The notes beneath the pieces are model-generated. The model had not been told where the DNA came from and searched no databases. It saw only the letters and a list, made by a program, of their open reading frames with translations. Positions 1 through 9,175 of a DNA stretch of 40,596 bases are shown here, in pieces (the first letter of the stretch is position 1; every line of letters starts with the position of its first letter). A program made the translations under genes and the position numbers. The stretch lies in the sequence record SRR31156797_6183; one strand, given 5' to 3'.

Positions 1-46
1 CTATTCTCAACTTTTATGACGACTTACAATAAATAAAGTCTGCCCT

Positions 47-87
47 AAAACCCTTATAATGGTAAAATGCCACTATAAGGGTTTTTT
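47..87 (+). terminator. Rho-independent terminator-like hairpin
   Basis: AAAACCCTTATA (47-58) / TATAAGGGTTTT (74-85) inverted repeat followed by a T-run. Confidence 0.6.
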
Positions 88-140
88 GTATTATTTATAA
101 AACTTGGAACAATAAATGTATAATTTGAAAGAAGAACTAT

Positions 141-452
141 ATAGCTAAACGAAAAAGAGCGTTCACAGAAGAAAAATATGAAAAGTGGTTAAATGAGAAG
201 AAAGGTAGTGGGGAACTAAAGAATTACAAACCGTGGTTGGATATTCAAGCTACAAGCTCTCTGGGAACATCAACAAGAGGATTTAGCCCTAAGACAGGTC
301 GAATGTTTCAGCTATTGTCGAATCTAGAAAAGTACTATGCGTCTTCTTTAGAATTTTCTTCAAAAGTTATAGATATTCGTGAACAGTATCCATTGTTGTA
401 TAGAGAAGAAACGATGACAATTACAGATCAACTAAACATTGAGCATTCCTAA
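141..452 (+). pseudogene. tnsA: Tn7-like TnsA endonuclease, N-terminal fragment
   Basis: Frame of ORF 237..452 extends upstream to ATA at 141: (I)AKRKRAFTEEKYEKWLNEKKGSGELKNYKPWLDIQ...KTGRMFQLLSNLE...VIDIREQYPLL. This matches the TnsA N-terminal motifs (GxG...YxPWL, KTGRxHxLLSxLE, DIREQFPL). Start codon lost; stop after ~103 codons. Confidence 0.85.
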
Positions 453-616
453 CACCTGTTAGGTTTAGAGTGTTTAAGGGAGCGTTCCATGCCTTTGAGA
501 TTCTTGCTCAGAACACTGCAATATCAAAGGAAGCAAATCAATTTGAGTATAAATCATATGCAGAATTTTACGATAGATACATTTTAGGTGAAGAAGAACT
601 AAGCAAAATTGTATAG
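452..616 (+). pseudogene. C-terminal fragment of an HSL-type alpha/beta hydrolase (esterase/lipase)
   Basis: Hand translation TPVRFRVFKGAFHAFEILAQNTAISKEANQF...SKIV* contains the GxxHxF catalytic-His motif; no start codon. Confidence 0.6.
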
Positions 617-635
617 CAGATTACAAGTAATAATT

Positions 636-674
636 AAAAAGCAGATGCACACTTAATGATATAAGCGTGCATCT
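636..674 (-). terminator. Terminator of the ABC operon
   Basis: AGATGCAC/GTGCATCT stem with an A-run on the left (U-tail on minus strand). Confidence 0.55.
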
Positions 675-727
675 ATATAGTAATATGGGAAACAGTTGGT
701 AATATTTATAAATAGCATTAAGCTCTT

Positions 728-2461
728 TTAGCTGCTTTGATACTGCATTTTGAGCATTGATGAGAAAATACCACCCTTTGCTTTTAATTCAGATGGTGTT
801 CCTGTCTCTGCAATTGAGCCGTCCTTAATAACAACTATTTTGTCGGCTCCTGAAACAGTTCTCATACGATGAGCTATAATAAGGACAGTTTTATTCTTTA
901 TCAGCTCACTAAGTGCACTCTGAATCTTGCTCTCATTTTCTGCATCCAGAGATGCTGTAGCTTCGTCCAGCAGAATAATCGGAGCATCCTTTAGTATTGC
1001 TCTGGCTATTGATATACGTTGTCTTTCGCCCCCAGATAGCCTCTCTCCGTTTTCTCCTATTAGGGTATCGTATCCTTGGGGAAGTTTGCTGACGAATTCA
1101 TCGCATTGAGCCAATTTGGCTGCCCTCATAATTTCTTGATTGGAGGCGTCCTTTTTCCCAAGTCGGATATTGTCCATTACACTGGAGTTAAACAAAGTAA
1201 CGTCCTGAAATACTATGGAGTAGTTATGCAGCAGAGTCTCAGGGTCTACTTCTGATATATCCTTTCCCCCTAGAGTAATCTGGCCGCTGTCAATATCCCA
1301 GAACCTGGCTGAGAGTTTGGCAACAGTACTTTTACCTCCGCCAGATGGACCAACCAGAGCAGTTACCTCACCCTGTTTTGCAGTAAAGCTTACATTACTC
1401 AGTGTCTGTACACCCTCCTCATATGAGAAGCTGACATTATCAAAATCTATATTGTAGTTTTGAGGGCTGAATTGGGATGAACCCTCTTGCTTTGGCATCT
1501 CTTCCATCTCTTTCATACGCTTTATACGCACATTTAGGTATAGAAGTAATGCCAGATTATTCATAACTTCCATTATTGGATTGTAGATACGAGCTGTGAT
1601 TATCAGAAATACCAGATAAGTAAATATGTTTATAGTGCCTGCGGATAATAGATAAGCACCTAATAGTATTACGCTGGGAAGTCCTAGCTTTAGTATTACG
1701 TAGGAAAAGTTAATAAGTGCTCCGATTACAAGTTCGCTATTGATTAATTGCTTTTCGTAGCTGTCCAGCTTGGTTTGCAATGTGTTCAGGAATGCATTTT
1801 CTCGGTTGTAGGACTTTATCTCGTAAATTGAGTCTAGATCCTCCTGAACATTATCTGAAATGTCTCTTTTGGCATAAAAGAGACCTGTATGTGATTTGTT
1901 TTGCAGATTCTTAGACAGGAAAAATACCAAGCCTGCTACAGGAATTACCCAAAATACCGCTAGAGACAGCTGCCAATTGTAAAAAAACATTAAGATGCCC
2001 ATAATCGTAACAGTAAATCCTGCTGCATAGAGCTGAGGAACAGCATGGGAAAACATATGCTCTATCTGCGTTGCGTCTTCCATTATTGTTGAGCTTAAAT
2101 CGGCAATATCTTTTTTTCCGAAATAGGCAAGGGGTAGTTTCTTTAGTGTTTCTGCCAGACTGATTCGCCTTCTTGCACTTTCCTCATACATTTTACAATA
2201 TGTAGAGTCATACTCGAAATAGGCGATAACAAACATTACCAGTAAAAAGACTGCTGACATTATAGCATAGTACAGTATAGTGTTTGCCGAATTAGTGGAT
2301 GAATCTAACAGGAAGCTGATACGATTATCCAGAAACTTAAATCCTAGTATTACAGGAATCATAAAACTTATATCCATTAGTACTGTCCAAACTATGGATT
2401 TAGCTAAATCCTTTGCTCCCTTTTCGGACAGAGCATGTTTATCTTGAAAATATTTAAGCAT
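728..2461 (-). CDS. ABC transporter TMD-NBD half-transporter (YbtQ/IrtB-like), subunit 2
   Basis: Hydrophobic N-terminal TMD, Walker A GPSGGGKS, LSGGE signature, ILLDE, H-loop IAHR; overlaps the partner gene by 8 nt. Confidence 0.9.
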   Translation of the reverse strand: MLKYFQDKHALSEKGAKDLAKSIVWTVLMDISFMIPVILGFKFLDNRISFLLDSSTNSANTILYYAIMSAVFLLVMFVIAYFEYDSTYCKMYEESARRRISLAETLKKLPLAYFGKKDIADLSSTIMEDATQIEHMFSHAVPQLYAAGFTVTIMGILMFFYNWQLSLAVFWVIPVAGLVFFLSKNLQNKSHTGLFYAKRDISDNVQEDLDSIYEIKSYNRENAFLNTLQTKLDSYEKQLINSELVIGALINFSYVILKLGLPSVILLGAYLLSAGTINIFTYLVFLIITARIYNPIMEVMNNLALLLYLNVRIKRMKEMEEMPKQEGSSQFSPQNYNIDFDNVSFSYEEGVQTLSNVSFTAKQGEVTALVGPSGGGKSTVAKLSARFWDIDSGQITLGGKDISEVDPETLLHNYSIVFQDVTLFNSSVMDNIRLGKKDASNQEIMRAAKLAQCDEFVSKLPQGYDTLIGENGERLSGGERQRISIARAILKDAPIILLDEATASLDAENESKIQSALSELIKNKTVLIIAHRMRTVSGADKIVVIKDGSIAETGTPSELKAKGGIFSSMLKMQYQSS

Positions 2462-4262
2462 TTTCCACTCCTTTTGTTATTGTATTATCAGCACCTATTT
2501 TCCAAGCGATAGACTTCTGGTACTCATCCCACATGGTTTTGTAGATGTCGCCTTTTTGCAGCAGTTCATCATGAGTTCCTTCCTCAGCTATTTTACCACT
2601 TTGGATAACCAATATTCTATCCACATTCTGAATGCTTGTCAGTCTGTGTGCTATCATCAGGGTTGTTTTGCCCCTGCTTACTTCCTTTAGGGCTTTCTGT
2701 ATCAGATGCTCATTCTCAGGGTCTGCAAATGCAGTTGCTTCATCCAATAGAACTATTGGAGCATTTTTTACTATTGCTCTGGCAAGTGCTATCCTTTGCT
2801 GTTCTCCTCCTGACAGATAAGTGCCCTTTGTTCCAATTACTGTATCCAGACCGTCTGGCTGTTCGTTAATAATATCTCTTGACTGAGAGAAATCAATAAC
2901 TTTGTCAATATCCTCTTGTGTGACATTTTCCATTCCAAATACTATGTTCTCTCTTAATGAGCCCTTAAACAGCTTGGTACTCTGGAAAACAAAGGAGACA
3001 TTTTTCATCAGTTCTTCCTTGGAGATGTCCTTTACATTTACTCCGCCTACCAGTACTTCCCCCTCATCTGTATCCCAGAATCGAGCGGCAAGGCGAGCGA
3101 TAGTCGTTTTACCTCCGCCGGATGCTCCTACCAGAGCAATTGTCTCGCCGTGGTTTAGCTTGAAGCTGATATTGTCAATAGCAGGTTTATCGCTGCCCTC
3201 GTAGGAGAATACTACGTTTTTGAACTCCAGACTATTGTCATTAATATTATTTGGGTTTGATTTGTACTTCATATTCTCATAATCCAGCAGGTTATCAATC
3301 CGATCGATTGCCTGTTGGGCTATCATAGTGTTCTGCCTGAAATACATTGACCTCATCAGTAGCATGGTAAAAACCGGAGATATAAGGATGTAGAAAACAT
3401 AGTTGGCAAGCACCAGTGCTAGGTTTCCTCCATTTCCAATCAAAAGGATTCCCATAGGGATTAAAAAGAATGGTGCTGACTGCATGATTACAGCGTAAAA
3501 TGCCATAGGACTCTGCCATAGGAGAGTATACGCATGAACCATTTCCTTGTACTTAATGATACTGTTATAGAATCTCTTAAAGGAGAATATACTCTGACCA
3601 AAGGTTTTGACCACTGGTATTCCACGGACGTATTCTACAGACTCGGCACTCATTTCCTCCAAAGAATCATAATACTTCTTTTGGAAGTCCTTTCCCTTGG
3701 TGCTGGTCATAAACTGCATTGTAATGAAGCCCATGATAATAGGAACAAGGCTGGCAAGTCCCATTCTCCAGTCAATGATAAAAATCAGTGCAATTAGAAT
3801 AATCGGAGAGATAACACTTCCTGCCATATCAGGCAGCTGATGAGCTAGGAACGTGTGTGTTGTACTTGCTCCGTCAGTTACAATTTTACGAATTTTGCCG
3901 CTGGAATACTTGTCAAAAAAGCCAAGTGGCATAGTCAGTATTTTTTTCATACTGACTTTCTGTATTCCTACCTCCACATGAAATGCCGCAAGGTGGGAAC
4001 TCATAAGTGAAAAAAAGTATATCACAATTCCTGCTATTGCACTGGCAAAAGCAAGCCATGCATAGGGTGCGATACCGGATACATCGATAGCCTTTGGATT
4101 TGTCAATATATCACGTGTTATGTACCATACTAAAACGAAAGGCAGGATATTCAGTATTGCAGATATTCCTGATAAACCTAATGATAATGGTAAAAGACCT
4201 TTCTTTTTTCCCATATATGGAGTGAATCTCTTTAGCAGAGATTCCTTTTTCTTTGTTGTCAT
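2454..4262 (-). CDS. ABC transporter TMD-NBD half-transporter (YbtP/IrtA-like), subunit 1
   Basis: TMD plus GASGGGKT, LSGGE, VLLDE, IAHR. Start moved to ATG 4262, which has AGGAGG (4273-4278) upstream. Confidence 0.9.
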   Translation of the reverse strand: MTTKKKESLLKRFTPYMGKKKGLLPLSLGLSGISAILNILPFVLVWYITRDILTNPKAIDVSGIAPYAWLAFASAIAGIVIYFFSLMSSHLAAFHVEVGIQKVSMKKILTMPLGFFDKYSSGKIRKIVTDGASTTHTFLAHQLPDMAGSVISPIILIALIFIIDWRMGLASLVPIIMGFITMQFMTSTKGKDFQKKYYDSLEEMSAESVEYVRGIPVVKTFGQSIFSFKRFYNSIIKYKEMVHAYTLLWQSPMAFYAVIMQSAPFFLIPMGILLIGNGGNLALVLANYVFYILISPVFTMLLMRSMYFRQNTMIAQQAIDRIDNLLDYENMKYKSNPNNINDNSLEFKNVVFSYEGSDKPAIDNISFKLNHGETIALVGASGGGKTTIARLAARFWDTDEGEVLVGGVNVKDISKEELMKNVSFVFQSTKLFKGSLRENIVFGMENVTQEDIDKVIDFSQSRDIINEQPDGLDTVIGTKGTYLSGGEQQRIALARAIVKNAPIVLLDEATAFADPENEHLIQKALKEVSRGKTTLMIAHRLTSIQNVDRILVIQSGKIAEEGTHDELLQKGDIYKTMWDEYQKSIAWKIGADNTITKGVENA

Positions 4263-4362
4263 ATTAGATTGACCTCCTAAATTGTTAAATATTTTTACAA
4301 TTGCTTCTAGCAGATAATTCATTTAGAAGCATTTGTTTTACGTGATAATCAGTTTTGCAATA

Positions 4363-4378
4363 GTTAGACACTGCTAAC
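4363..4378. promoter_or_regulatory. Operator GTTAG-N6-CTAAC, copy 2
   Basis: GTTAGacactgCTAAC; same dyad at 4537-4552. Confidence 0.65.
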
Positions 4379-4536
4379 ATCAAGAGTAAAAAAACATACT
4401 AATTCTAAGAAATAGTATTTCTACTCCAATTGCATATGATGAAAATATATCTTGGCATTAGGTTTAAAAGGCATTTATTTGCCCAGTGCCAATGTCCTAC
4501 CTTACATTGTGGATACATGTTATACTTTCTATTAGA

Positions 4537-4590
4537 GTTAGCAATGGCTAACATCCGTATAATTATATACTACTCTTTTTGAATAGTCAA
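4537..4590 (-). promoter_or_regulatory. SigA promoter with downstream operator GTTAG-N6-CTAAC (copy 1)
   Basis: TTGACT (4590-4585) - 17 bp - TATAAT (4567-4562); dyad GTTAGCaatgGCTAAC at 4537-4552. Confidence 0.75.
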
Positions 4591-4690
4591 TAAAAAGCTT
4601 GCTAAGAAAAATTGCTGATGTGTATTTATATAGCAATAAGATAATTAAAAACGCATGGGAAGAGTGATTATCTGTTTCGTGAAGGTTATC

Positions 4691-5281
4691 TTAGTTGTAG
4701 AAAAATGAGAAACTGTCCTTTGGAACTTGCAGTCCCTTTTCCAGTAAATCAGCTGTTGCCTGCAGCTTTTTCATCCTTTCCTCTGCTGTCCAGCTAAAAA
4801 TGCCCGGATCAAGCAGAAACGAGAAAACAGACAAAAGTATTTCTGAGTATTCCTGCGGATATTCACAAGTAAATACTCCCTCTTCAATTCCCTGTTCCAT
4901 TATAGAGGAGACAATAGGAGACATAGAGGTCAAAATCTTTGCTAATGATTTCTGATGGATTTCGGCGTTTTGGGGATTGTGAAGATGTTCATCCAGGGAA
5001 CTATTTATATATGAACTGTAGTAAGTGTGAAATAAAACAGCAAACTTTACAATGGGAGTACCATTGCTTTGTTTTATAGTTTGTTGGCACTTTTTTATTA
5101 TAGATGCATACTGACGCTCTACCAATGCGTCAAAGACCGCTTCCTTTGAATCAAAATAATAGTACATTCCGCCTTTGGCTATTCCTGCTTTTTTGGCTAT
5201 ATCGCTAACAGATGCAGTACCGCCAGACCCCTCCTCCAAAAGCTCCTCTAAAGCATCCAAGATTAGTTCTCTTTTACTCAT
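4691..5281 (-). CDS. TetR/AcrR family regulator
   Basis: HTH SVSDIAKKAGIAKGGMYYYFDSKE; AAGGAG RBS. Confidence 0.93.
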   Translation of the reverse strand: MSKRELILDALEELLEEGSGGTASVSDIAKKAGIAKGGMYYYFDSKEAVFDALVERQYASIIKKCQQTIKQSNGTPIVKFAVLFHTYYSSYINSSLDEHLHNPQNAEIHQKSLAKILTSMSPIVSSIMEQGIEEGVFTCEYPQEYSEILLSVFSFLLDPGIFSWTAEERMKKLQATADLLEKGLQVPKDSFSFFYN

Positions 5282-5323
5282 TATTTACTCCTTCAACCAT
5301 ATTATAACATAAAGAAACAATAG

Positions 5324-5375
5324 TTGACCAGTGTTCAAAAATATGATAAGATTTGAAAAGTTGAACAGTGGTCAA
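5324..5375. promoter_or_regulatory. Paired TetR-type operators between divergent tetR and hydrolase
   Basis: TTGACCAGTGTTCAA (5324-5338) and TTGAACAGTGGTCAA (5361-5375), imperfect palindromes nearly identical to each other. Confidence 0.75.
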
Positions 5376-5389
5376 AAATGGAGGGGTAT

Positions 5390-6589
5390 ATGAGTCAAAC
5401 TATAATTTTTATGATATTAATAATATGCAGTATTATCATTCTACTTACGCTAATAGTTAAACTTGCATTAGAACTAATTCATCTACTAAAGCGTAGTCAA
5501 AGTACAATGCAGGCTAGAAACATAAAACTGGGGGTGATTGCTTTTGGCATAAATATAGCACTTCTGCTTATATATGCAGGCTTTAGCCAGCTGACAGCTA
5601 GTACTCCCAAAATTCTTGATGAGAACTCAAATGAAATGGAAAACAGTACAGTGAGTCTAGAGCAAGTCACTATAAACGGACACAAGGAGTGGATAAGTAT
5701 CCGAGGATATGATCAGAATGCTCCAGTTCTTTTATTTCTGGCAGGAGGACCAGGAGGGTCTCAGATGGCTGCCGTAAGATATGATTTATCAGAGCTGGAG
5801 AAGTATTTTGTAGTTGTTAACTGGGATCAGGCAGGTTCAGCCAAATCATTTGGTTCAGTCAAGACAGACGAAATAACAGCAGATACATATATTAATGATG
5901 GCTATGAATTAACTAAGTATCTGTGTGAAAGATTTAATAAGGAAAAGATTTATTTAGTAGGCGAATCATGGGGCAGTGCGTTGGGTATTTTTATGATTGA
6001 TAAAGCACCTGAGCTGTACCATGCGTTTATTGGAACAGGGCAGATGATTGACTTTGCAGAGACAGAAGTACTGGATTATTACAAGGCAATGGAAATAGCA
6101 GAGGATAGGGGAGATGCCGAAAAGATAGAGCAACTGGAAGCAGATGGTGTTCCGCCCTATTATGGAGACGATGTTACATTTAAAAGTGCTGAATACTTAA
6201 GTTATCTGAGTGATTATATGGTAAGCAATCCTGAAATTCATAACAGCGGGTATAATACATTCCGAGATATATTCTCCAGCGAATATGGAATAATTGACAA
6301 GATAAATTATTTCAGAGGCATAGTAGTTACTTTCAACAATGTATACCAACAGCTGTATGAAATAGATTTGAGAGAGGATTACACTAAACTTGATGTACCG
6401 GTATATTTCTTCTTGGGGCGACATGATATAAATGCTCCTACTCAATTGGCAGAGGAATACTATGAGATACTGGATGCACCGATAAAAGAAATTGTCTGGT
6501 TTGAGCACTCAGGGCATAGTCCATGGATAAATGAAAGTGATGCTTTTGTAGAGGAAGTATTAAGGGTAGCAGAAGAAGCAACTGATTAA
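5390..6589 (+). CDS. Membrane-anchored alpha/beta hydrolase (proline iminopeptidase-like)
   Basis: Two N-terminal TM segments, AGGPG oxyanion loop, GESWG nucleophile, HSGH; ATG 5390 follows GGAGGGG. Confidence 0.85.
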   Translation: MSQTIIFMILIICSIIILLTLIVKLALELIHLLKRSQSTMQARNIKLGVIAFGINIALLLIYAGFSQLTASTPKILDENSNEMENSTVSLEQVTINGHKEWISIRGYDQNAPVLLFLAGGPGGSQMAAVRYDLSELEKYFVVVNWDQAGSAKSFGSVKTDEITADTYINDGYELTKYLCERFNKEKIYLVGESWGSALGIFMIDKAPELYHAFIGTGQMIDFAETEVLDYYKAMEIAEDRGDAEKIEQLEADGVPPYYGDDVTFKSAEYLSYLSDYMVSNPEIHNSGYNTFRDIFSSEYGIIDKINYFRGIVVTFNNVYQQLYEIDLREDYTKLDVPVYFFLGRHDINAPTQLAEEYYEILDAPIKEIVWFEHSGHSPWINESDAFVEEVLRVAEEATD

Positions 6590-6637
6590 ATGAGTTTAGC
6601 AATAAGTACTCTAATTTATATAAAATAATCTTATAAT

Positions 6638-6676
6638 AACACCTCCTATTTCAATGTATAGAATCAGAGGTGTTTT
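6638..6676 (+). terminator. Terminator-like hairpin
   Basis: AACACCTC/GAGGTGTT stem plus T-run. Confidence 0.45.
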
Positions 6677-6743
6677 ATTCTACTCTAAAGCTATTACCAA
6701 AATTTATATTCCTATTAACGAATATATAATATAATGTTAAAGA

Positions 6744-6757
6744 ATGAATGCATTCAT
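6744..6757. promoter_or_regulatory. Palindromic operator upstream of truncated tetR
   Basis: Perfect 14-bp palindrome ATGAATGCATTCAT just before the GGAGG RBS. Confidence 0.55.
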
Positions 6758-6776
6758 ATAAACTGGAGGCATACAT

Positions 6777-7049
6777 TTGGGTAAAAGAAAAGAAAGCAGA
6801 AAACTATACAGAAACAAAATAGTACAGGCAGCGAAGATTGTCTTTGAAAAGCATGGATTTGAGAATACCACTATTGAAATGATAGCAAAGCAAGCGGATA
6901 TTGGTATAGGAACTGTGTATAATTACTTCAAATCAAAAGAGGAATTATTTATTTTAGCCATGTCTGATAAGATAGTAACGGCAGATGTTACATTGATAAT
7001 CAATAGCATAATATACTATTTGAGGGAAAAAAGCACATTCATGCTTTGA
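6777..7049 (+). pseudogene. Truncated TetR regulator (HTH only)
   Basis: TTIEMIAKQADIGIGTVYNYFKSKEELF HTH; only 90 aa, so the ligand-binding domain is missing. Confidence 0.75.
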
Positions 7050-7086
7050 GTGTGCTTCTAAATATATGATTATAATATCGTATTTT

Positions 7087-8448
7087 TTAAGCTTTTTTAC
7101 TATCGCAATTATTCAATTTTCTATCCTTTAGCTCTTTTGATATTTTTATTGCAAAGAAAAGGGTTATACATGCAGTCAGCAAATCAGCAATTCCCTGAGA
7201 AAACAACACTCCATCAAGACCGAATATATCAGGAAGTATTATTAACAAAGGTATAAGACATATACCCTGTCTTAGCAAACATAGTATAGCACCTTCTCTG
7301 CCTCTGCCAAATGCTAAAAATAATGTGGCGTATACCATCTGGAATCCAAATGTTACAAAGAAAATATTATTTGCCACCAGACCTCTTGCACCAATATCTA
7401 TGACATCCTGCACATTTGAAAATAACCCCATTATATTTTTAGAGAATATAATAAATAATGTGGACAATATTATACAGAATATGGTAGTTAGCTTTAATGA
7501 GTATTTGATTGCACTTTGTACTCTGCTGATATTATTTGCGCCATAATTGTAACCAACAAATGGTTGTAATCCCTTTGTGTAGCCAAATACGAAGTACAAT
7601 CCTAATGACATCAGCTTGGTAATAATGCCAACGCTGGCTACCGCTGCATCACCAAATGCAGATGCTTTTACATTGGTAAGTCCTATAGCACAGCTTGTGA
7701 GCAGTTGAAATATAAATGTAGGTACGCCTACCTTAATCATTTCTGTTATTATTCTCATTGACCATTTATAAGACTTTAGCCTTATTTTCAAATAACTGTT
7801 TTTGCCTAAAAAATAAACTATTAGAAAAGTAGTTGTAAAGATTTGTGATATAACTGTTGCAACAGCAGCTCCCCTTATTCCCATATTTAGTACAAAGATA
7901 AATACCGCATCCAATATCATGTTCAATACTGCTCCGCAGATAAGAGCTGTCATGCTGGTCTTTGCTGCACCTTCTGAGCGAGCTACATTGTTCAGATTGA
8001 TACTCATTACTCCAAAAGGCGAACCTAGCATATAGATGAATGTGTATTCTTTTGCATAGGGCAATATTGTAGAGGTTGCTCCAAGTGCTCTCAGTATTGG
8101 TTCAAGGAGGGGCAGCACTATAGCCATTAGAATAAGTGATAATCCCAGGGAATATATACAGGAAGAAATAGCTGTGTTGTTGGCTTCTTCCTTATTTTCT
8201 TCCCCTAGCAGTCGGGATATATATGATGCTGCGCCCTGCCCGAATATACCTCCTACTCCTACAACTATCATAGTAAGAGGAAAAGCAATTGCAGCTCCTC
8301 CTACAGCTTCTGTCGAGATACTGCTGACGAAGTACGTATCCACCACATTATATACTGCATTTATCAGTAAACCTATAATGGCTGGAAGTCCCAGCTTTAT
8401 TAGTGCTTTTGACACCTTTTCGTTTTTCATTATATTTATTTTGTTCAT
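7087..8448 (-). CDS. MATE family efflux transporter (MepA-like)
   Basis: ~12 TM; YNVVDTYFV, RSEG, LNMILD, GYNYGA motifs. Confidence 0.92.
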   Translation of the reverse strand: MNKINIMKNEKVSKALIKLGLPAIIGLLINAVYNVVDTYFVSSISTEAVGGAAIAFPLTMIVVGVGGIFGQGAASYISRLLGEENKEEANNTAISSCIYSLGLSLILMAIVLPLLEPILRALGATSTILPYAKEYTFIYMLGSPFGVMSINLNNVARSEGAAKTSMTALICGAVLNMILDAVFIFVLNMGIRGAAVATVISQIFTTTFLIVYFLGKNSYLKIRLKSYKWSMRIITEMIKVGVPTFIFQLLTSCAIGLTNVKASAFGDAAVASVGIITKLMSLGLYFVFGYTKGLQPFVGYNYGANNISRVQSAIKYSLKLTTIFCIILSTLFIIFSKNIMGLFSNVQDVIDIGARGLVANNIFFVTFGFQMVYATLFLAFGRGREGAILCLLRQGICLIPLLIILPDIFGLDGVLFSQGIADLLTACITLFFAIKISKELKDRKLNNCDSKKA

Positions 8449-8461
8449 TTTGTTTCCTTTC

Positions 8462-8598
8462 GAGTTAAGGTGCTTAACTCTTTGAATAAAATTTTTTGTT
8501 TGCCTAAATTGATTGCTTTCGTTTACGTATAATTATTTTTATAATCCAGTTGCAGAACCATAGATTCATTATAAAGCCAAAGGGTTAAGCAACTTAAC
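8462..8598. promoter_or_regulatory. Two MarR-type operators GTTAAG-N3-CTTAAC upstream of MATE
   Basis: GAGTTAAGgtgCTTAACTC (8462-8480) and GTTAAGcaaCTTAAC (8584-8598). Confidence 0.7.
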
Positions 8599-8619
8599 GT
8601 ATATTTTAAAAAATTTTAT

Positions 8620-9072
8620 CTATACAAACTTTTTTAAAATATCTTTGGATTTACTTATGAATGAAAAGATTTCTTCGCATGTGTTTTCCGGTATATCCTC
8701 CAATAATTTTACGAGTTTGCTGTTTATATTCGTGTGAAGAGATATATGCTCTTCATGAGCTTTCTTACCGGTATCGGTTAAACTAATAATATATCTTGAC
8801 TGGTTTTCATCATCTGTTTTAATATCGACTAATCCTTTTAATTTTAGTTTCTTGACAGATTGAGATATTGCAGACTTTGACACATCAAAAGCATTTGCAA
8901 GTAATGTAATATTTGCTTTTGGTATATCATTTATACATTTAAGCTGATGAATCTCTGCTGAACTAATGCTAATATCAGTACCGTAATTTTTTGCATCTCT
9001 CTCAAAATCCATTGCCAGATAAATAAGTTCAAAAAGTTCAGAGACTGTTTTTTCTTTCAAATTGTATTTCAC
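8620..9072 (-). CDS. MarR family regulator
   Basis: ITLLANAFDVSKSAISQSVKKLKLKGLV...ISLTDTGKKA winged HTH. Probable GTG start at 9072; the longer ORF overlaps the upstream gene and terminator. Confidence 0.85.
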   Translation of the reverse strand: MKYNLKEKTVSELFELIYLAMDFERDAKNYGTDISISSAEIHQLKCINDIPKANITLLANAFDVSKSAISQSVKKLKLKGLVDIKTDDENQSRYIISLTDTGKKAHEEHISLHTNINSKLVKLLEDIPENTCEEIFSFISKSKDILKKFV

Positions 9073-9078
9073 AATGTC

Positions 9079-9107
9079 AGTGTAAAGCATCTTAACACAT
9101 TTGTCAA
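9079..9107 (-). promoter_or_regulatory. marR promoter with embedded operator
   Basis: TTGACA-17-TACACT; GTAAAGcatCTTAAC (9082-9096) lies over the spacer and -10. Confidence 0.7.
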
Positions 9108-9110
9108 TAT

Positions 9111-9148
9111 AAAAAAATAGATGCACGTTCGTATTGTGATGTGCATCT
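9111..9148 (-). terminator. Terminator of the aminotransferase operon
   Basis: AGATGCAC/GTGCATCT stem followed by U7 on minus strand. Confidence 0.65.
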
Positions 9149-9175
9149 AAAATAATGTTAAAAAACAAACTGAAA

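Noticed and set aside
1-46. Tn7 end with TnsB binding sites
   Set aside because: AATAAAGTC is reminiscent, but no terminal TGT or repeated sites can be shown inside the window
4338-4360. Fur box upstream of ABC genes
   Set aside because: Only about 11 of 19 positions match (TGATAATCA core), which is too weak in AT-rich DNA
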